Assembly (NCBI GenBank): GCA_964618805.1
Contig: CAZUBM010000001.1
Coordinates: 201,939 to 265,938, forward strand
Length of the DNA stretch: 64,000 nt
DNA from: an uncultured Nitrososphaerota archaeon
GTDB lineage: Archaea; Korarchaeota; Korarchaeia; Korarchaeales; Korarchaeaceae
Direction: 5' to 3'
The notes under the pieces: model-generated
The model's input: only the letters and a program-made list of their open reading frames with translations
The model's database searches: none
What the model was told of the DNA's origin: nothing
Shown here: piece by piece, positions 40,447 through 50,622 of the stretch
Layout of the letters: each line of letters opens with the position of its first letter
How positions within the stretch are numbered: position 1 is the stretch's first letter
Program-made: the position numbers and the translations under genes

Positions 40447-41241
40447 CTAAACTTTAACAGTACCGAATTCTATGGCTCTCACATAAACTTCCTCGAGTTT
40501 AGTTCTCTCCTTGACCGCCTTCCCTAACTTAATCAGAAATGAGGCAGGTACCTTCTCTACAGACAAAAAAGTTGGATCTATAAGCGTTTCGGAAGGGATG
40601 TATTGCTGAATTACGTATGCTATCCTATTTTTGGAACTAGATGCTAGTTCAGACACATAATCTGCCATTCGAAGGACATCTTCTTTGTTTAACAGAGTAG
40701 GAACGAATGTTGTCCTTATTTCGACGAAGGGAACATCCTTAATCCCCATCCTCAAAGATAAATCAACGGATTCCACTAATTCTCTCCCCCTAGCAGGATC
40801 CAAACCAGTTATAGCGGCATATTTCTCTGGATTTCCTATGGGGCCCTTTAGGTCAAGAGCAAGATGGTCTAACCCCAATCTTATCACTTTTCTTATCACA
40901 TCGCAATTCGTTCCATTGGTATCGAGACTTATCTTCTCACCTGCCTTCTTAGATAGCAAAAAAAGGGCTTCGAGACCATCTGGTTGAAGCGTTGGTTCAC
41001 CCCCAGTTACATGCACATATTTAACCAATTTTGAATTCTCTACCACTAAATCTACTAACTCTCCTACTTCTACTTCTCTCATAACTTTACCAGTTACAAC
41101 GTGGGAGTTTTGACACCATGGGCATCTTAGATTACAGTAATTAAACCAGATGGTAAAGGAAGGCTCTCCTATTATATCAACAAGCGAGAGCTCCTTCCAC
41201 CCAGCTACCCTAACTTTGACCCTCCTAAGGTCCCCCTGCAT
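40447..41241 (-). CDS. nrdG: Anaerobic ribonucleotide reductase activating enzyme
   Basis: SLVD..G, CNLRCPWCQN, TGGEPTLQ, DTNGT; ATG at 41241 after AAGGAGG, 8 bp after the nrdD stop. Confidence 0.92.
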   Translation of the reverse strand: MQGDLRRVKVRVAGWKELSLVDIIGEPSFTIWFNYCNLRCPWCQNSHVVTGKVMREVEVGELVDLVVENSKLVKYVHVTGGEPTLQPDGLEALFLLSKKAGEKISLDTNGTNCDVIRKVIRLGLDHLALDLKGPIGNPEKYAAITGLDPARGRELVESVDLSLRMGIKDVPFVEIRTTFVPTLLNKEDVLRMADYVSELASSSKNRIAYVIQQYIPSETLIDPTFLSVEKVPASFLIKLGKAVKERTKLEEVYVRAIEFGTVKV

Positions 41242-41248
41242 TCCTCCT

Positions 41249-43138
41249 TTACCAACTCTCCCTTCCATAAGTCGCTCTGTTCTTGAATTCAGCTTTCTTT
41301 CCGGCATTCCACGTTCTAATAGGCCTATAGTATCCAACAATCCTGCTCCAGACATCTATCCGATTGCTACCACACTTAGGACAGGTATCAAATACGCCTA
41401 CAGAATGCCAGTCACATCTCTGACATACCGATATGCTAGGAGTAAAGCTAAAGTAGACGACATTCGTGTTCTCAACTATCCTCCTAGCTAGCTTTTTCAA
41501 AGCCTCTGGATCAGGGCTCTCGTTAAGGAAGAGATGCATGATAACCCCCCCAGTAAACTCTCTCTGGACCTCTCCTTCCCACTCAGCTCTAAGCGAAATT
41601 GGAACTGAGGCGTAGTAGGGGATCACGCTGTTGCTGTAATATGGGGCAGGATCTCCTCCTGGAATAAGTAATTCTCCATTCTCGAACTTGTTGAGAAACT
41701 TCTCTCTATCAAGAATGGCTAATCTAGTCCCGGCGCTCTCTGCTGGAACCTCTTCTACATTATAAAGGCATTCATCCTCATCTTCAAACTCCTCAACTCT
41801 TTTCCTGACATGAGATACTATCTTTTTCATTAGAGAGACAGCTTCTTTGATCTCCCCCTTATCCAAGTTATCCCAAAGCGATGGATTGCCCATGAAGTTT
41901 GCCACAGCTTCTGGAAGGCCTACAAGTCCAACAGTGCTGTAGTGTCCTTTGAAATGTCCCAGATATCTCTTAGTAAGAGGCATTAATCCCTTCGCAAGGC
42001 TTTGCTTATATCTGCCTCTCCAAACCCTGAGAACTTCTCTAGCAACATCTATCCTCTCATCTAAGAGAGCTAAGAAATTGTTCCAATCTCCTCTAGCAAG
42101 AATACCTACTCTTGGCAGGTTTATTGTTACAACCCCTATGCTACCAGTTGCATCAGGGACTGCCCAAAGACCCCTTGCTCCCCTGGACTTCCTAAGCTCT
42201 TCCTCAACATCCTCTAAAACCGATTTGAGCTCGAAGTTCTTCACCTTTTCTACATCTAAAGTAAGTCTGCAACACATGCTGAAAAGACTCTCAACATCAG
42301 TTGCATTACCATTAAGTAGGTAAGCTGAACCCCTCTTAGAAAGTGCCTCAAAGAACAGGTCCGTAAAACCATCCCACCTGCTTCCATTCCAGTCAAAGTT
42401 CCTGGTCACCATTAGAGTAGGAATTGGAAAGCTAAATGGCTGACCTAATGCATCTCCCTCCATAAGAAGGTTAAAAAGCTCTTTTGTAATTAAAATGGCT
42501 TCATCTAGATAGTCTCCAAGCTTTCCTGCGTATTTCCCGCCCACAACCGCATTTTCTTCCAAAAACTGTTTATTTGTATCAAGTAAAACTGTTATATTGG
42601 TGAAAGCGGATTGAAAGCCTATTCTTGTTGGGTAATTTAGATCAAAGAGCATTCTCTGAAGCATCTGCTTAACCTCTTTTGAAGAAGGCTTATCCTGCTT
42701 AACAAAAGCAGCAAGATATAAATCAAAGGCAGAAACTGCCTGAGCACCAGTCCATTCCTGTGCTGCTGTACAGAAGAAACTAACAAGCTGAGAAACAGCA
42801 GTATCTGCATGTTTTGGAGGTTTCGAGACCATCGTTGGGGTAACCAGACCGCTAAGTAGGAGCTTTCTGTAAGACCAGCCCGTGCAATATGGTAAGTAAA
42901 GGGAATGAGGGAGTTTATGAATGTGGATATCTCCGGAAAAATGCATCTTCACTGCTTTTTCTGGTAAATATTCCAGAAGAACGGATTCCTTTTTTAATAG
43001 CTTATCCAAGAGAAATTTCACAAAACCTCCGTATGAGATGTCGATATTGGCGTTTTCTTGTACTTCCCAATCGAGTTTATCATAATAAGCCTTCTCCAAA
43101 GCAACGACTTCATCGCTCATGTCTAACTCAGCCTTCAT
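41249..43138 (-). CDS. nrdD: Class III anaerobic ribonucleotide reductase (no ATP cone)
   Basis: ENAN, HIH, PYC, SMCCRL, TGSIGVVTINLPR, PAES, FTGG, CxxC..CPKC, glycyl-radical loop SRIVGYY. Confidence 0.95.
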   Translation of the reverse strand: MKAELDMSDEVVALEKAYYDKLDWEVQENANIDISYGGFVKFLLDKLLKKESVLLEYLPEKAVKMHFSGDIHIHKLPHSLYLPYCTGWSYRKLLLSGLVTPTMVSKPPKHADTAVSQLVSFFCTAAQEWTGAQAVSAFDLYLAAFVKQDKPSSKEVKQMLQRMLFDLNYPTRIGFQSAFTNITVLLDTNKQFLEENAVVGGKYAGKLGDYLDEAILITKELFNLLMEGDALGQPFSFPIPTLMVTRNFDWNGSRWDGFTDLFFEALSKRGSAYLLNGNATDVESLFSMCCRLTLDVEKVKNFELKSVLEDVEEELRKSRGARGLWAVPDATGSIGVVTINLPRVGILARGDWNNFLALLDERIDVAREVLRVWRGRYKQSLAKGLMPLTKRYLGHFKGHYSTVGLVGLPEAVANFMGNPSLWDNLDKGEIKEAVSLMKKIVSHVRKRVEEFEDEDECLYNVEEVPAESAGTRLAILDREKFLNKFENGELLIPGGDPAPYYSNSVIPYYASVPISLRAEWEGEVQREFTGGVIMHLFLNESPDPEALKKLARRIVENTNVVYFSFTPSISVCQRCDWHSVGVFDTCPKCGSNRIDVWSRIVGYYRPIRTWNAGKKAEFKNRATYGRESW

Positions 43139-43486
43139 TCTCAGTTAGGATTCCAAACTCATTTAATAAAGGCTTGTTCATATGTTTCCGCTGTGAATAG
43201 TGTGAATTAGGTACATAAGAAGGATATACGATGTAATAACTTTTCTTGTTGGTCATATCCAAAATTGTTAGAAAATGATAAAACGTATTTATGCCTATCG
43301 CAAAAAATAATATATATCCCTGCCATATCGAAGTTATCCTTGCATTAAAAGAAAAAGCACGATAAGTGCATCCCAGTTACATCAAAAGAGAATATGCCTC
43401 CTCTAAGGATCAGAAGGATTTTTCACTTAATACATTTAAGGAAGATATAACCTCTCCTCTCAACCTTCAACATTAAGGGTGATTAG

Positions 43487-44047
43487 ATGAGAGAGTATAT
43501 CGTGTACTTTGAGAGACCAGGGAAAGAGTGGACTGATGAGGTTTTGAAAATTTGCAAGCAATATGCTGAATCCAATGGAATTAAGGACATAGTTGTGGCT
43601 TCTACTACTGGAGAGACAGGAGCAAAAGCATCGGAGATATTTAAGGGATATAATCTTGTTGTTGTTACTCATGTAGCTGGCTTCAGGGAGCCAGGAAAGG
43701 TAGAGTTGCTCGATGAATATAGGAGGAGAATAGAAGAAAATGGAGGAAAAATCCTTACAACAACGCATGCTCTAAGCGGTGTGGAAAGAAACATTAGAAA
43801 AAAGTTTGGGACCATAGGTCCTGCAGAATTAATCGCAAATACATTAAGACTTTTTGGAGAAGGAACTAAAGTCTGCGTTGAAATCGCTGTTATGGCCGCA
43901 GATGCTGCTCTCATTCCAGTTAATAAGGAAGTTATATGCATAGCTGGGACAGTAAGAGGGGCTGATACTGCTTTAGTTATAAAACCAGCGCATTCAACTA
44001 ATTTCTTCGATCTTAGAATAAGGAGGATTCTATGTAAACCATTATGA
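43487..44047 (+). CDS. Pyruvate-kinase C-terminal-like alpha/beta protein (archaeal conserved)
   Basis: IVVASTTGETG, VVVTH, GTKVCVEIAVMAADA, GADTA. Confidence 0.88.
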   Translation: MREYIVYFERPGKEWTDEVLKICKQYAESNGIKDIVVASTTGETGAKASEIFKGYNLVVVTHVAGFREPGKVELLDEYRRRIEENGGKILTTTHALSGVERNIRKKFGTIGPAELIANTLRLFGEGTKVCVEIAVMAADAALIPVNKEVICIAGTVRGADTALVIKPAHSTNFFDLRIRRILCKPL

Positions 44048-44090
44048 TGGGCTAACTGCAGGTCTATGCAGCCCCCGGTACATTATTTTT
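44048..44090 (+). terminator. Possible hairpin plus T-tract terminator
   Basis: GGGC..TGCA/TGCAGCCC stem right after the stop, followed by TTATTTTT. Confidence 0.3.
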
Positions 44091-44413
44091 CTAAGCGTAA
44101 GAGTATATTTCCACTTTTTGATTTTCTTTAAAAGGCTAGCCCAAGTTTAAAACGAGGAGAAGCTGTGGAAATAGGTGCTTCGAAAGTTACCTATGAAGCA
44201 ATCAGAACCAACGTTAAAAGACTGATGAAATCAGAAGAAATTCATCCGAATTTAGACTCGGGAGCTTCATTAAGAAAACAGAGCATTCGAAACGCAGGCC
44301 TGCTTTATCATCAGAAAAACTGAATCAGGCGTTTAATTTACAGTTTTGTCTTTCAAATAACCTCTCCGTTTAAGGTGAGGTTACCCTTTCTAACAATCTC
44401 TGTCGCAATGTTT

Positions 44414-45688
44414 TCATATCTGAATCTCTTCTAGAGGCTTACCCATCGTTTCTATTCCCAGAAAAGCAACAGTCGCTGCTGATATCAGGTGAGCTGCAGC
44501 GAAAATTATGAAAGCGAAAGCGTAGCTATTTGTTAGATCTAGTATAAGCCCTACTAGGTAAGGCCCAAATATACCTCCTACTCTTCCGAACGAATTGGCC
44601 CACCCCGTGGCTGAAGCCCTAATTGGTGTTGGATAAAGCTCTGGAGTATATGCATATGTTATCCCCCAAGCTCCTAAATTGAAGAACGAGATGGCTAGGG
44701 CTCCCGATAGAGCTTGAGTGTTTGTTCTAGAAAACCAGTAGAGCAGACTTCCAAGACCTGCTAATGCCATATAGAGCGACAAACTCTTCTTCCTTCCTAT
44801 TTTTTCAATAAGATAAGCTCTACTCCAGTAACCCGGGATCTGAGCAAGAGTTATCATAAATGAGTATTGAAGTGTCTTGATAAGAGAGAGGCCCCTCGCA
44901 TAGAGGATCTGAGGAAACCAGGAGAATAGGCCCCAATATGCTAGCACTATGCAAAACCAGTGGATCCAAAGCATCGTCGTTCTTCTAAGATACTCTCCAG
45001 AAAACAACTCAGAAAGACCTACTTTCCTCCTCTTTTCGACTTTAAGCTCTACTCCTGCAATCTCGGCCAGCTCTTCAGCCTCTTTTTTCTTTCCCTTTAT
45101 CAGCAGATATCTAGGAGATTCTGGAAGGAAGGATATTAACAGAGAACCCAAGAGAGGAAGGATTCCAAATAGAAAGATGGGCCTCCATCCAAGTGTGGGA
45201 GCAATAATCTTCCCTAAATAAGAGGCAAGCAACCAACCAAACGCCCAACTTGATTCTAGAAGAGCTACATACCTACCTCTCACACTCGTTGGAGAGAATT
45301 CGAGCAAAAAAGTGCTTGCCGAAACCATGTATCCTGTAGCCCCTATACCAGCAAAGAATCTGAGAAAAACCATGTCTATCCAACCTCTTGATGCTGAACA
45401 AAAAGCTGTGGTAATCGCCAGAATTGAAAGGGAGAAGATGGAGCATGGCTTCCTTCCTAAAACGTCAGCTACCCTTCCAAACAAGGAGGCTCCAACTAGC
45501 ATTCCAATTAGAAAGGAGTTGAGCAAGACACCAGTTTGAGTTCCTCCAAGCTCCCACTCACTCTTGATTAGCGGAAGTGCAAAGGAGATTAGTCCTGAGT
45601 TAGATGCCACGAACATCCAACCTAATCCTAAAATCAGGAGGATCTTGGTGTTAAAGGAAATTCTCATAGAAATTTCCCTTACATCCAA
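44414..45688 (-). CDS. MFS transporter (NiaP/SV2-like)
   Basis: GRVADVLGRK, EFSPTSVRG, LPESPRYL, YTPELYPTPIRA, ETMGKPLE. Confidence 0.9.
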   Translation of the reverse strand: MDVREISMRISFNTKILLILGLGWMFVASNSGLISFALPLIKSEWELGGTQTGVLLNSFLIGMLVGASLFGRVADVLGRKPCSIFSLSILAITTAFCSASRGWIDMVFLRFFAGIGATGYMVSASTFLLEFSPTSVRGRYVALLESSWAFGWLLASYLGKIIAPTLGWRPIFLFGILPLLGSLLISFLPESPRYLLIKGKKKEAEELAEIAGVELKVEKRRKVGLSELFSGEYLRRTTMLWIHWFCIVLAYWGLFSWFPQILYARGLSLIKTLQYSFMITLAQIPGYWSRAYLIEKIGRKKSLSLYMALAGLGSLLYWFSRTNTQALSGALAISFFNLGAWGITYAYTPELYPTPIRASATGWANSFGRVGGIFGPYLVGLILDLTNSYAFAFIIFAAAHLISAATVAFLGIETMGKPLEEIQI

Positions 45689-45753
45689 TAACCGCTTTCT
45701 GTAAAAAGACTGACTGATTACTACCTATATTCCTTTAGAGCTTTTGAAAGAGA

Positions 45754-46165
45754 ATGTAAGCGTGGTTGATGTGTGCAGTTCTATCTGCGCTGTTTGCTGC
45801 TTTAGTGAGAATTGTAGGGAAAATAGGGGTGCAGGGTGTCGATTCTATTACTGCTACGGCTGTTAGGGCAGTAATAACGCCATACTTTCTGTTCTTTTCG
45901 CAACTAGGTTGAAAAAGACAGATTTATCTGGAGTAGACGCAAAGGCCTTGAGTTATATAGCACTAACAGGGTTATTTAGAGCGTCATCATGGACGGTTTA
46001 TTTTAAAGCGTTAAGCCTAGGAGAAGCATCGCTTGTCATTCCTATAGACAGATCAAGCGTCCTATTCGCGGTAGTTTTTAGCTTGTTTTGGGCGAAAAAG
46101 CAACTCTCAAAAACAGCCTTGGGTTCCTCTGATAGCAATAGGAACAATCTTAGTGTCCTTACAAA
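45754..46165 (+). pseudogene. Small EamA-family transporter pseudogene
   Basis: ATG followed at once by TAA, then WLMCAVLSALFAAL..GKIG..VDSITATAVR; a second frame gives YFKAL..G.AS.V.PIDRSS; further frameshifts. Confidence 0.75.
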
Positions 46166-46237
46166 ATGTCAGCCAATCCTCGTTAAGTTTTTTAAAAGAA
46201 TTCGCTACCTTCTAAAGCCAAGGGGGTGGCTTAACTC

Positions 46238-47896
46238 AAGTCAAAAAAAGTTGTTATTACGGCTGCGCTTCCCTATGCAAATGGTGAAATCCACCTAGGT
46301 CACGTAGCTTCTACTTACCTCCCTGCAGATATCTTCGCAAGGTATTGTAGGCTAAAAGGGTTAGAAGTAGTCTTTGTCTCGGGAACAGACGATTATGGGA
46401 CACCAATCTTAATTGCTGCAGAGAAGAAGGGCATTAGCCCAGAGGAATTTGTCAAGTACTGGCATGACAGGGATGAAGAAGATTTCAGGGCTCTGGGAAT
46501 CTCCTTCGATCTGTTCTATCAAACTCATTCGCCTGAAAACATAAAATTAGCCCAACATTTCTTCTTAGATCTCCTTAAGAAAGGGCACATATTTGACCAG
46601 GAAACAGAACAATGGTTCTGCCCGAATTGCAAACGCTTTCTCCCAGATAGATATGTTAAGGGGACATGTCCATACTGTGGAGCAACCGATCAGTATTCAG
46701 ATGCATGTGAAGTTTGTGGCCGCGCAATAGAACCTGGGAAAATTATAGAGCCCAGATGTGCTATTTGTGGAACCCCTCCAATAAGAAAAAGTAGCAGACA
46801 TTATTTCTTCAAACTATCAGCATTCTCCTCAAAGCTAAAGGAATGGCTGGAGTCGAATGAGCATTTACAGAAGGATGTAAAGAACTATGTACTGGAGTGG
46901 ATAAAGGAAGGGCTGAAGGACTGGGACATAACTAGGGACATATCGTGGGGAGTCCCAATTCCCCTCGATGAGGCTAAAGAGAAGGTACTCTATGGTTGGT
47001 TTGACAATCATTTAGGGTACATCTCTTTCACTTTAAAGGCTCTAAAGGAGAAAGGAATAGACGGAAAAGAATTTTGGAATTCATCAAGGATATACCATTT
47101 CATAGGCAAGGACATAGTATACCACCATTACCTCTTCTTGCCGGCCATGCGCATGGCTGAAGGCGATTACAAACTCCCAGACTTCATCCCTACAAGAGGA
47201 CACCTTCTTTTACAAGGAAAGAAGTTCTCGAAGAGTAGAAAGTGGTACATAAGCTTAAGGGACTTGCTTAACAGGTTTCCACCCGATTACCTTAGATATT
47301 ACTTGACCTCGATAACCTCTTACTCACAAAGAGACGCTAATTTTGATTTAGATGAATTTCAAGCTAAAATAAACAACGAACTGGTGGCAAACATAGGTAA
47401 TATGATCCATAGAGTTCTCACATTCATTTACAGAAGATTTAATGGAACTATACCAGAACCTAAACCTCTAGATAATAAGGATGAAGAATTCCTAAACAGG
47501 TTGAGAAATCTACCATCGGAAGTAGGTAAATTAATGGAGACCTTAGAGTTTGATAAAGCCCTAAAGGAGATAAGAGACTTCTGTGCGGAATGCAACAAGT
47601 ATTTCCAAGCAAAACAACCTTGGGAAAGGGATGGAGAAACATGCCTTTACCTAACTTCGAATGCTGTAAAGGCGATTGCTATAGTACTTGAACCATTTAT
47701 TCCAGAATCTATGGAAAAACTTTGGTCCTTGCTTGGACTCAGCGAATCCGTGCATGAACAGAACTGGGATGTAGCAGCAGAGATGACCCTTAGGCCAGGA
47801 CACAAGATTCAGAGACCTAAGATTCTCTTTAAGAAGATAAACAATGAAGAAATAGAAGCCCTAAAGATGAGTCTAGGCGAAGAGAAACTCAAATAA
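46238..47896 (+). CDS. metG: Methionyl-tRNA synthetase (archaeal type, no C-terminal tRNA-binding domain); canonical start codon absent
   Basis: Uninterrupted frame from 46235: ITAALPYANGEIHLGH (HIGH), Zn knuckles CPNC/CPYC/CEVC/CAIC, ITRDISWG, HFIGKDI, KFSKS; the ORF track caught only 47138 onward. Confidence 0.93.
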   Translation, partial: KSKKVVITAALPYANGEIHLGHVASTYLPADIFARYCRLKGLEVVFVSGTDDYGTPILIAAEKKGISPEEFVKYWHDRDEEDFRALGISFDLFYQTHSPENIKLAQHFFLDLLKKGHIFDQETEQWFCPNCKRFLPDRYVKGTCPYCGATDQYSDACEVCGRAIEPGKIIEPRCAICGTPPIRKSSRHYFFKLSAFSSKLKEWLESNEHLQKDVKNYVLEWIKEGLKDWDITRDISWGVPIPLDEAKEKVLYGWFDNHLGYISFTLKALKEKGIDGKEFWNSSRIYHFIGKDIVYHHYLFLPAMRMAEGDYKLPDFIPTRGHLLLQGKKFSKSRKWYISLRDLLNRFPPDYLRYYLTSITSYSQRDANFDLDEFQAKINNELVANIGNMIHRVLTFIYRRFNGTIPEPKPLDNKDEEFLNRLRNLPSEVGKLMETLEFDKALKEIRDFCAECNKYFQAKQPWERDGETCLYLTSNAVKAIAIVLEPFIPESMEKLWSLLGLSESVHEQNWDVAAEMTLRPGHKIQRPKILFKKINNEEIEALKMSLGEEKLK

Positions 47897-47998
47897 AATG
47901 AGTTAAAGGAAAAACACACCTTTATCAATGCCTGAGTTGAAACATGAAGGACATCAAGCTCCTATATTTAAAAGCTTTAGATAGTTAAGCTTTATAGA

Positions 47999-48859
47999 AT
48001 GTCGGCTGAAGAAATTCGTGAGAAACTTAGAAAGCTTGAGAAATCCTTCATCGAGGGAAGAATTTCTGAAGAAACCTACAAGGAGTTAAAGGCGAAATAT
48101 GAGGCTGAACTAGCATCTTTGGGCGGAATACCCACAAAACCAATACCCCCACCTTCAGAAGGGTTAGGAGCCCTGTTCAGCAGAGCTATAGATTTTTGCT
48201 CAAGCAATCCGGTAATTTTCATTCCACCAGTTCTTTCTGGAGTAGTCTCAGCGATTATCCTTATGATCTTTGGTGTTTCAGCACTTGGCATGTTTAGGGG
48301 CTTCAGGCCTCCATTTGGGCCGACTAGACCTGGAGCTATAGTCCCTAGCCCATGGCATCTCCTTATCATGTCGGCCTTGGCATTGATAGCTATAAGGATA
48401 ATATCTCTGATCTTCGACGGCTGGATGATTGCGATGGTAAAGCAAAGGATTGAACAGAACTTCATAGATCTTAGTGATAGCTTTTCATATACTATATCAA
48501 AACTTGCTCCCTTGTTAGTGGCCTCTATCCTCGTTGGGATCATAGTCGTTGTTGGACTATTCCTTTGCGTAGTACCCGGATTAATTGCTGCGATTTTATT
48601 AGCCTTAACATTGCAGGCTGTAATAGTAGATGATTATGGAGCAATTGAAGCTCTTTCAATCAGTTATAACGTTGTAAAAAGGAACTTCTTCGAAGTGCTC
48701 ATAGTAATAATCGTGCAGTTTGTTGTTATATTCATTCTTAATATGATACGATACGTAGGTCCAATACTTGCCATGTTAGCTGGAGCTTACTTTACTGTTC
48801 TCCTTACTCTGCTGTATTATAGTAGAAGAGCGCCTAAACCTTCGACAATCACGGTATAA
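47999..48859 (+). CDS. Membrane protein with N-terminal SHOCT-like helical motif
   Basis: LRKLEKSFIEGRISEETYKELK motif, Pro-rich linker, about 5 TM, GAIEALSISY. Confidence 0.7.
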   Translation: MSAEEIREKLRKLEKSFIEGRISEETYKELKAKYEAELASLGGIPTKPIPPPSEGLGALFSRAIDFCSSNPVIFIPPVLSGVVSAIILMIFGVSALGMFRGFRPPFGPTRPGAIVPSPWHLLIMSALALIAIRIISLIFDGWMIAMVKQRIEQNFIDLSDSFSYTISKLAPLLVASILVGIIVVVGLFLCVVPGLIAAILLALTLQAVIVDDYGAIEALSISYNVVKRNFFEVLIVIIVQFVVIFILNMIRYVGPILAMLAGAYFTVLLTLLYYSRRAPKPSTITV

Positions 48860-48861
48860 AA

Positions 48862-49182
48862 ATGGATCTAGAGACAGAAGAGAGGCTCATAGCTGTTCTT
48901 CTCTCTCTTTTTCTTTTAATATTTGCAACGATCGTCCCGATGGAGCCAGGACAAGAAGAGCTTCCTTTCCCTTGGATAAGCTGTCCATTTAGGTCCATAA
49001 CTGGCAGACCATGTCCTTTATGCGGCTCTACTCGAGCTTTCATTCACACCGCTCATGGGCATTTTTCAGATGCGTGGAAGCTAAATCCTATTGGCTTATT
49101 TGCCTATTTCGGAGTCTGGGTTCTATTCCTTTATGAAGCTTACAAGCTGTTGAGCAAAAGGTTTAGATCTATCAGGAGCTAG
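48862..49182 (+). CDS. DUF2752-like membrane protein
   Basis: CPFRSITGRPCPLCGSTRAF..HG....A..LNP signature. Confidence 0.85.
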   Translation: MDLETEERLIAVLLSLFLLIFATIVPMEPGQEELPFPWISCPFRSITGRPCPLCGSTRAFIHTAHGHFSDAWKLNPIGLFAYFGVWVLFLYEAYKLLSKRFRSIRS

Positions 49183-50527
49183 AAATCCCTAACCAAGCCT
49201 TGTATTCACTAAAAAGAGCGTCTACCTGGGTCTTCCATGCTTTAAAGCCGTCAGGTGAATTAGGATAAGAATAATAGAGTTCCCTTGCCTTATCCATGTA
49301 ATCTTTCACCTTTTTCAGTCTAACCAATAGAGAAGGTCTAGATAATAGCTTGATTGCTGAAGAGACTTTTGATATAAGTGTAGAGCCTAAATCTCCTCTA
49401 TATCCTATTTCACCCACATCAACGGATGTTATTACGCCCTTTTCAAATACAAAGTTTAGCTCCTCATCGCTCATGAGCTGCAAGTACATCCTTAGGATAT
49501 CAAGACCAGCCTGTTTTGCTCCATATAGCTCCATGTAATCGTTGTGATAACTCCAAAGGCCCTCCATTGATGGATTATCTTGGGAAAGAGCTTTTTTAAT
49601 GGCTTTGGCTGCAGCTTTTGCGCTTAGCATAGCTGGACCCATCCCTCCTCCATGGATCGGGTTTGAAGTACAAGCTGCATCACCTATCGCTACGAAACCA
49701 TTCCAAACCATGCAGGAGATAGTCCTTCTTGTTGGGCAAATCCCCCCTCCAGCATGTATAACCCTTCTAATCTTTCCAATCCTAGATCTTAAGTATATTT
49801 CATAATTTCTTTCAGGATTTAGGCTTTTCTTACCTCCTTTCAAGCCTAAACCTACGTTTACAATGCTCTCATTTTTAGGAAACCACCACCAATATCCTCC
49901 AGGAGCTATTATCGTTGAGAGGTAAATAGTGGCATATCCAGTTTCTATTTCCTCATCCATCTCTACTATCTCCCTGTAGCATACATCGTAGTCCTCGGGA
50001 GGAACTTTCTCTGAGGCAAACCACTCATTGGGTAATTTGCTTCTGACCGCCGCTGGAACTCCTGTAGCATCTATGACTACAGTTGCCTCAATTTCTCTCC
50101 TTCTTCTCGCCCTCAAATCAACGACTTCGAGTCCTTTAAGCCATGATCCATCTACAATTGGTTTTAAGACCGCATGTCTGTCAAGTAGCTTTGCGCCTGC
50201 ATCTAATGCCATTGTCTGCAGTTTTTTAACAAAAGCAGGTCTATTAAGAGCATATCCTTCTCCTCCAACTATGATCTCGTCCCTTTCATTTGGTGCGACG
50301 ACCTTAACTCCTCTAAAAATCCCATCAAGTTCTCTCCCTGATGGATGAGGAATGCCTATTTTATCGAAGTGATGCTTACCTATAGCATCACCGCAAACCT
50401 TCATAGTGTCATCTCTATGCTTTTGTTCGACGATTATGACATCAAATCCCTCAGATGCCAGAAAGTAAGATACAAGAGACCCGCCAATTCCTCCTCCAGC
50501 TACTAGTATGTCATGCTTCTCTTTCAT
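49172..50527 (-). CDS. Digeranylgeranylglycerophospholipid (geranylgeranyl) reductase
   Basis: GGGIGG, KVCGDA, PGGYWWWFPK, GDAA...NPIHGGG. Confidence 0.9.
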   Translation of the reverse strand: MKEKHDILVAGGGIGGSLVSYFLASEGFDVIIVEQKHRDDTMKVCGDAIGKHHFDKIGIPHPSGRELDGIFRGVKVVAPNERDEIIVGGEGYALNRPAFVKKLQTMALDAGAKLLDRHAVLKPIVDGSWLKGLEVVDLRARRRREIEATVVIDATGVPAAVRSKLPNEWFASEKVPPEDYDVCYREIVEMDEEIETGYATIYLSTIIAPGGYWWWFPKNESIVNVGLGLKGGKKSLNPERNYEIYLRSRIGKIRRVIHAGGGICPTRRTISCMVWNGFVAIGDAACTSNPIHGGGMGPAMLSAKAAAKAIKKALSQDNPSMEGLWSYHNDYMELYGAKQAGLDILRMYLQLMSDEELNFVFEKGVITSVDVGEIGYRGDLGSTLISKVSSAIKLLSRPSLLVRLKKVKDYMDKARELYYSYPNSPDGFKAWKTQVDALFSEYKAWLGISSS

Positions 50528-50622
50528 ATCTCACACCTAATGCTAAAATCAAATCAGATTGTTAGATGTAACCTAAAAAGTGCATAGTGCGGAGAGTAAA
50601 ACTAGGTGAGGTAAGCCACACC

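Noticed and set aside
44221-44295. Hammerhead-like CTGATGA...GAAA core
   Set aside because: Flanking stems do not pair; region reads better as a decayed ORF
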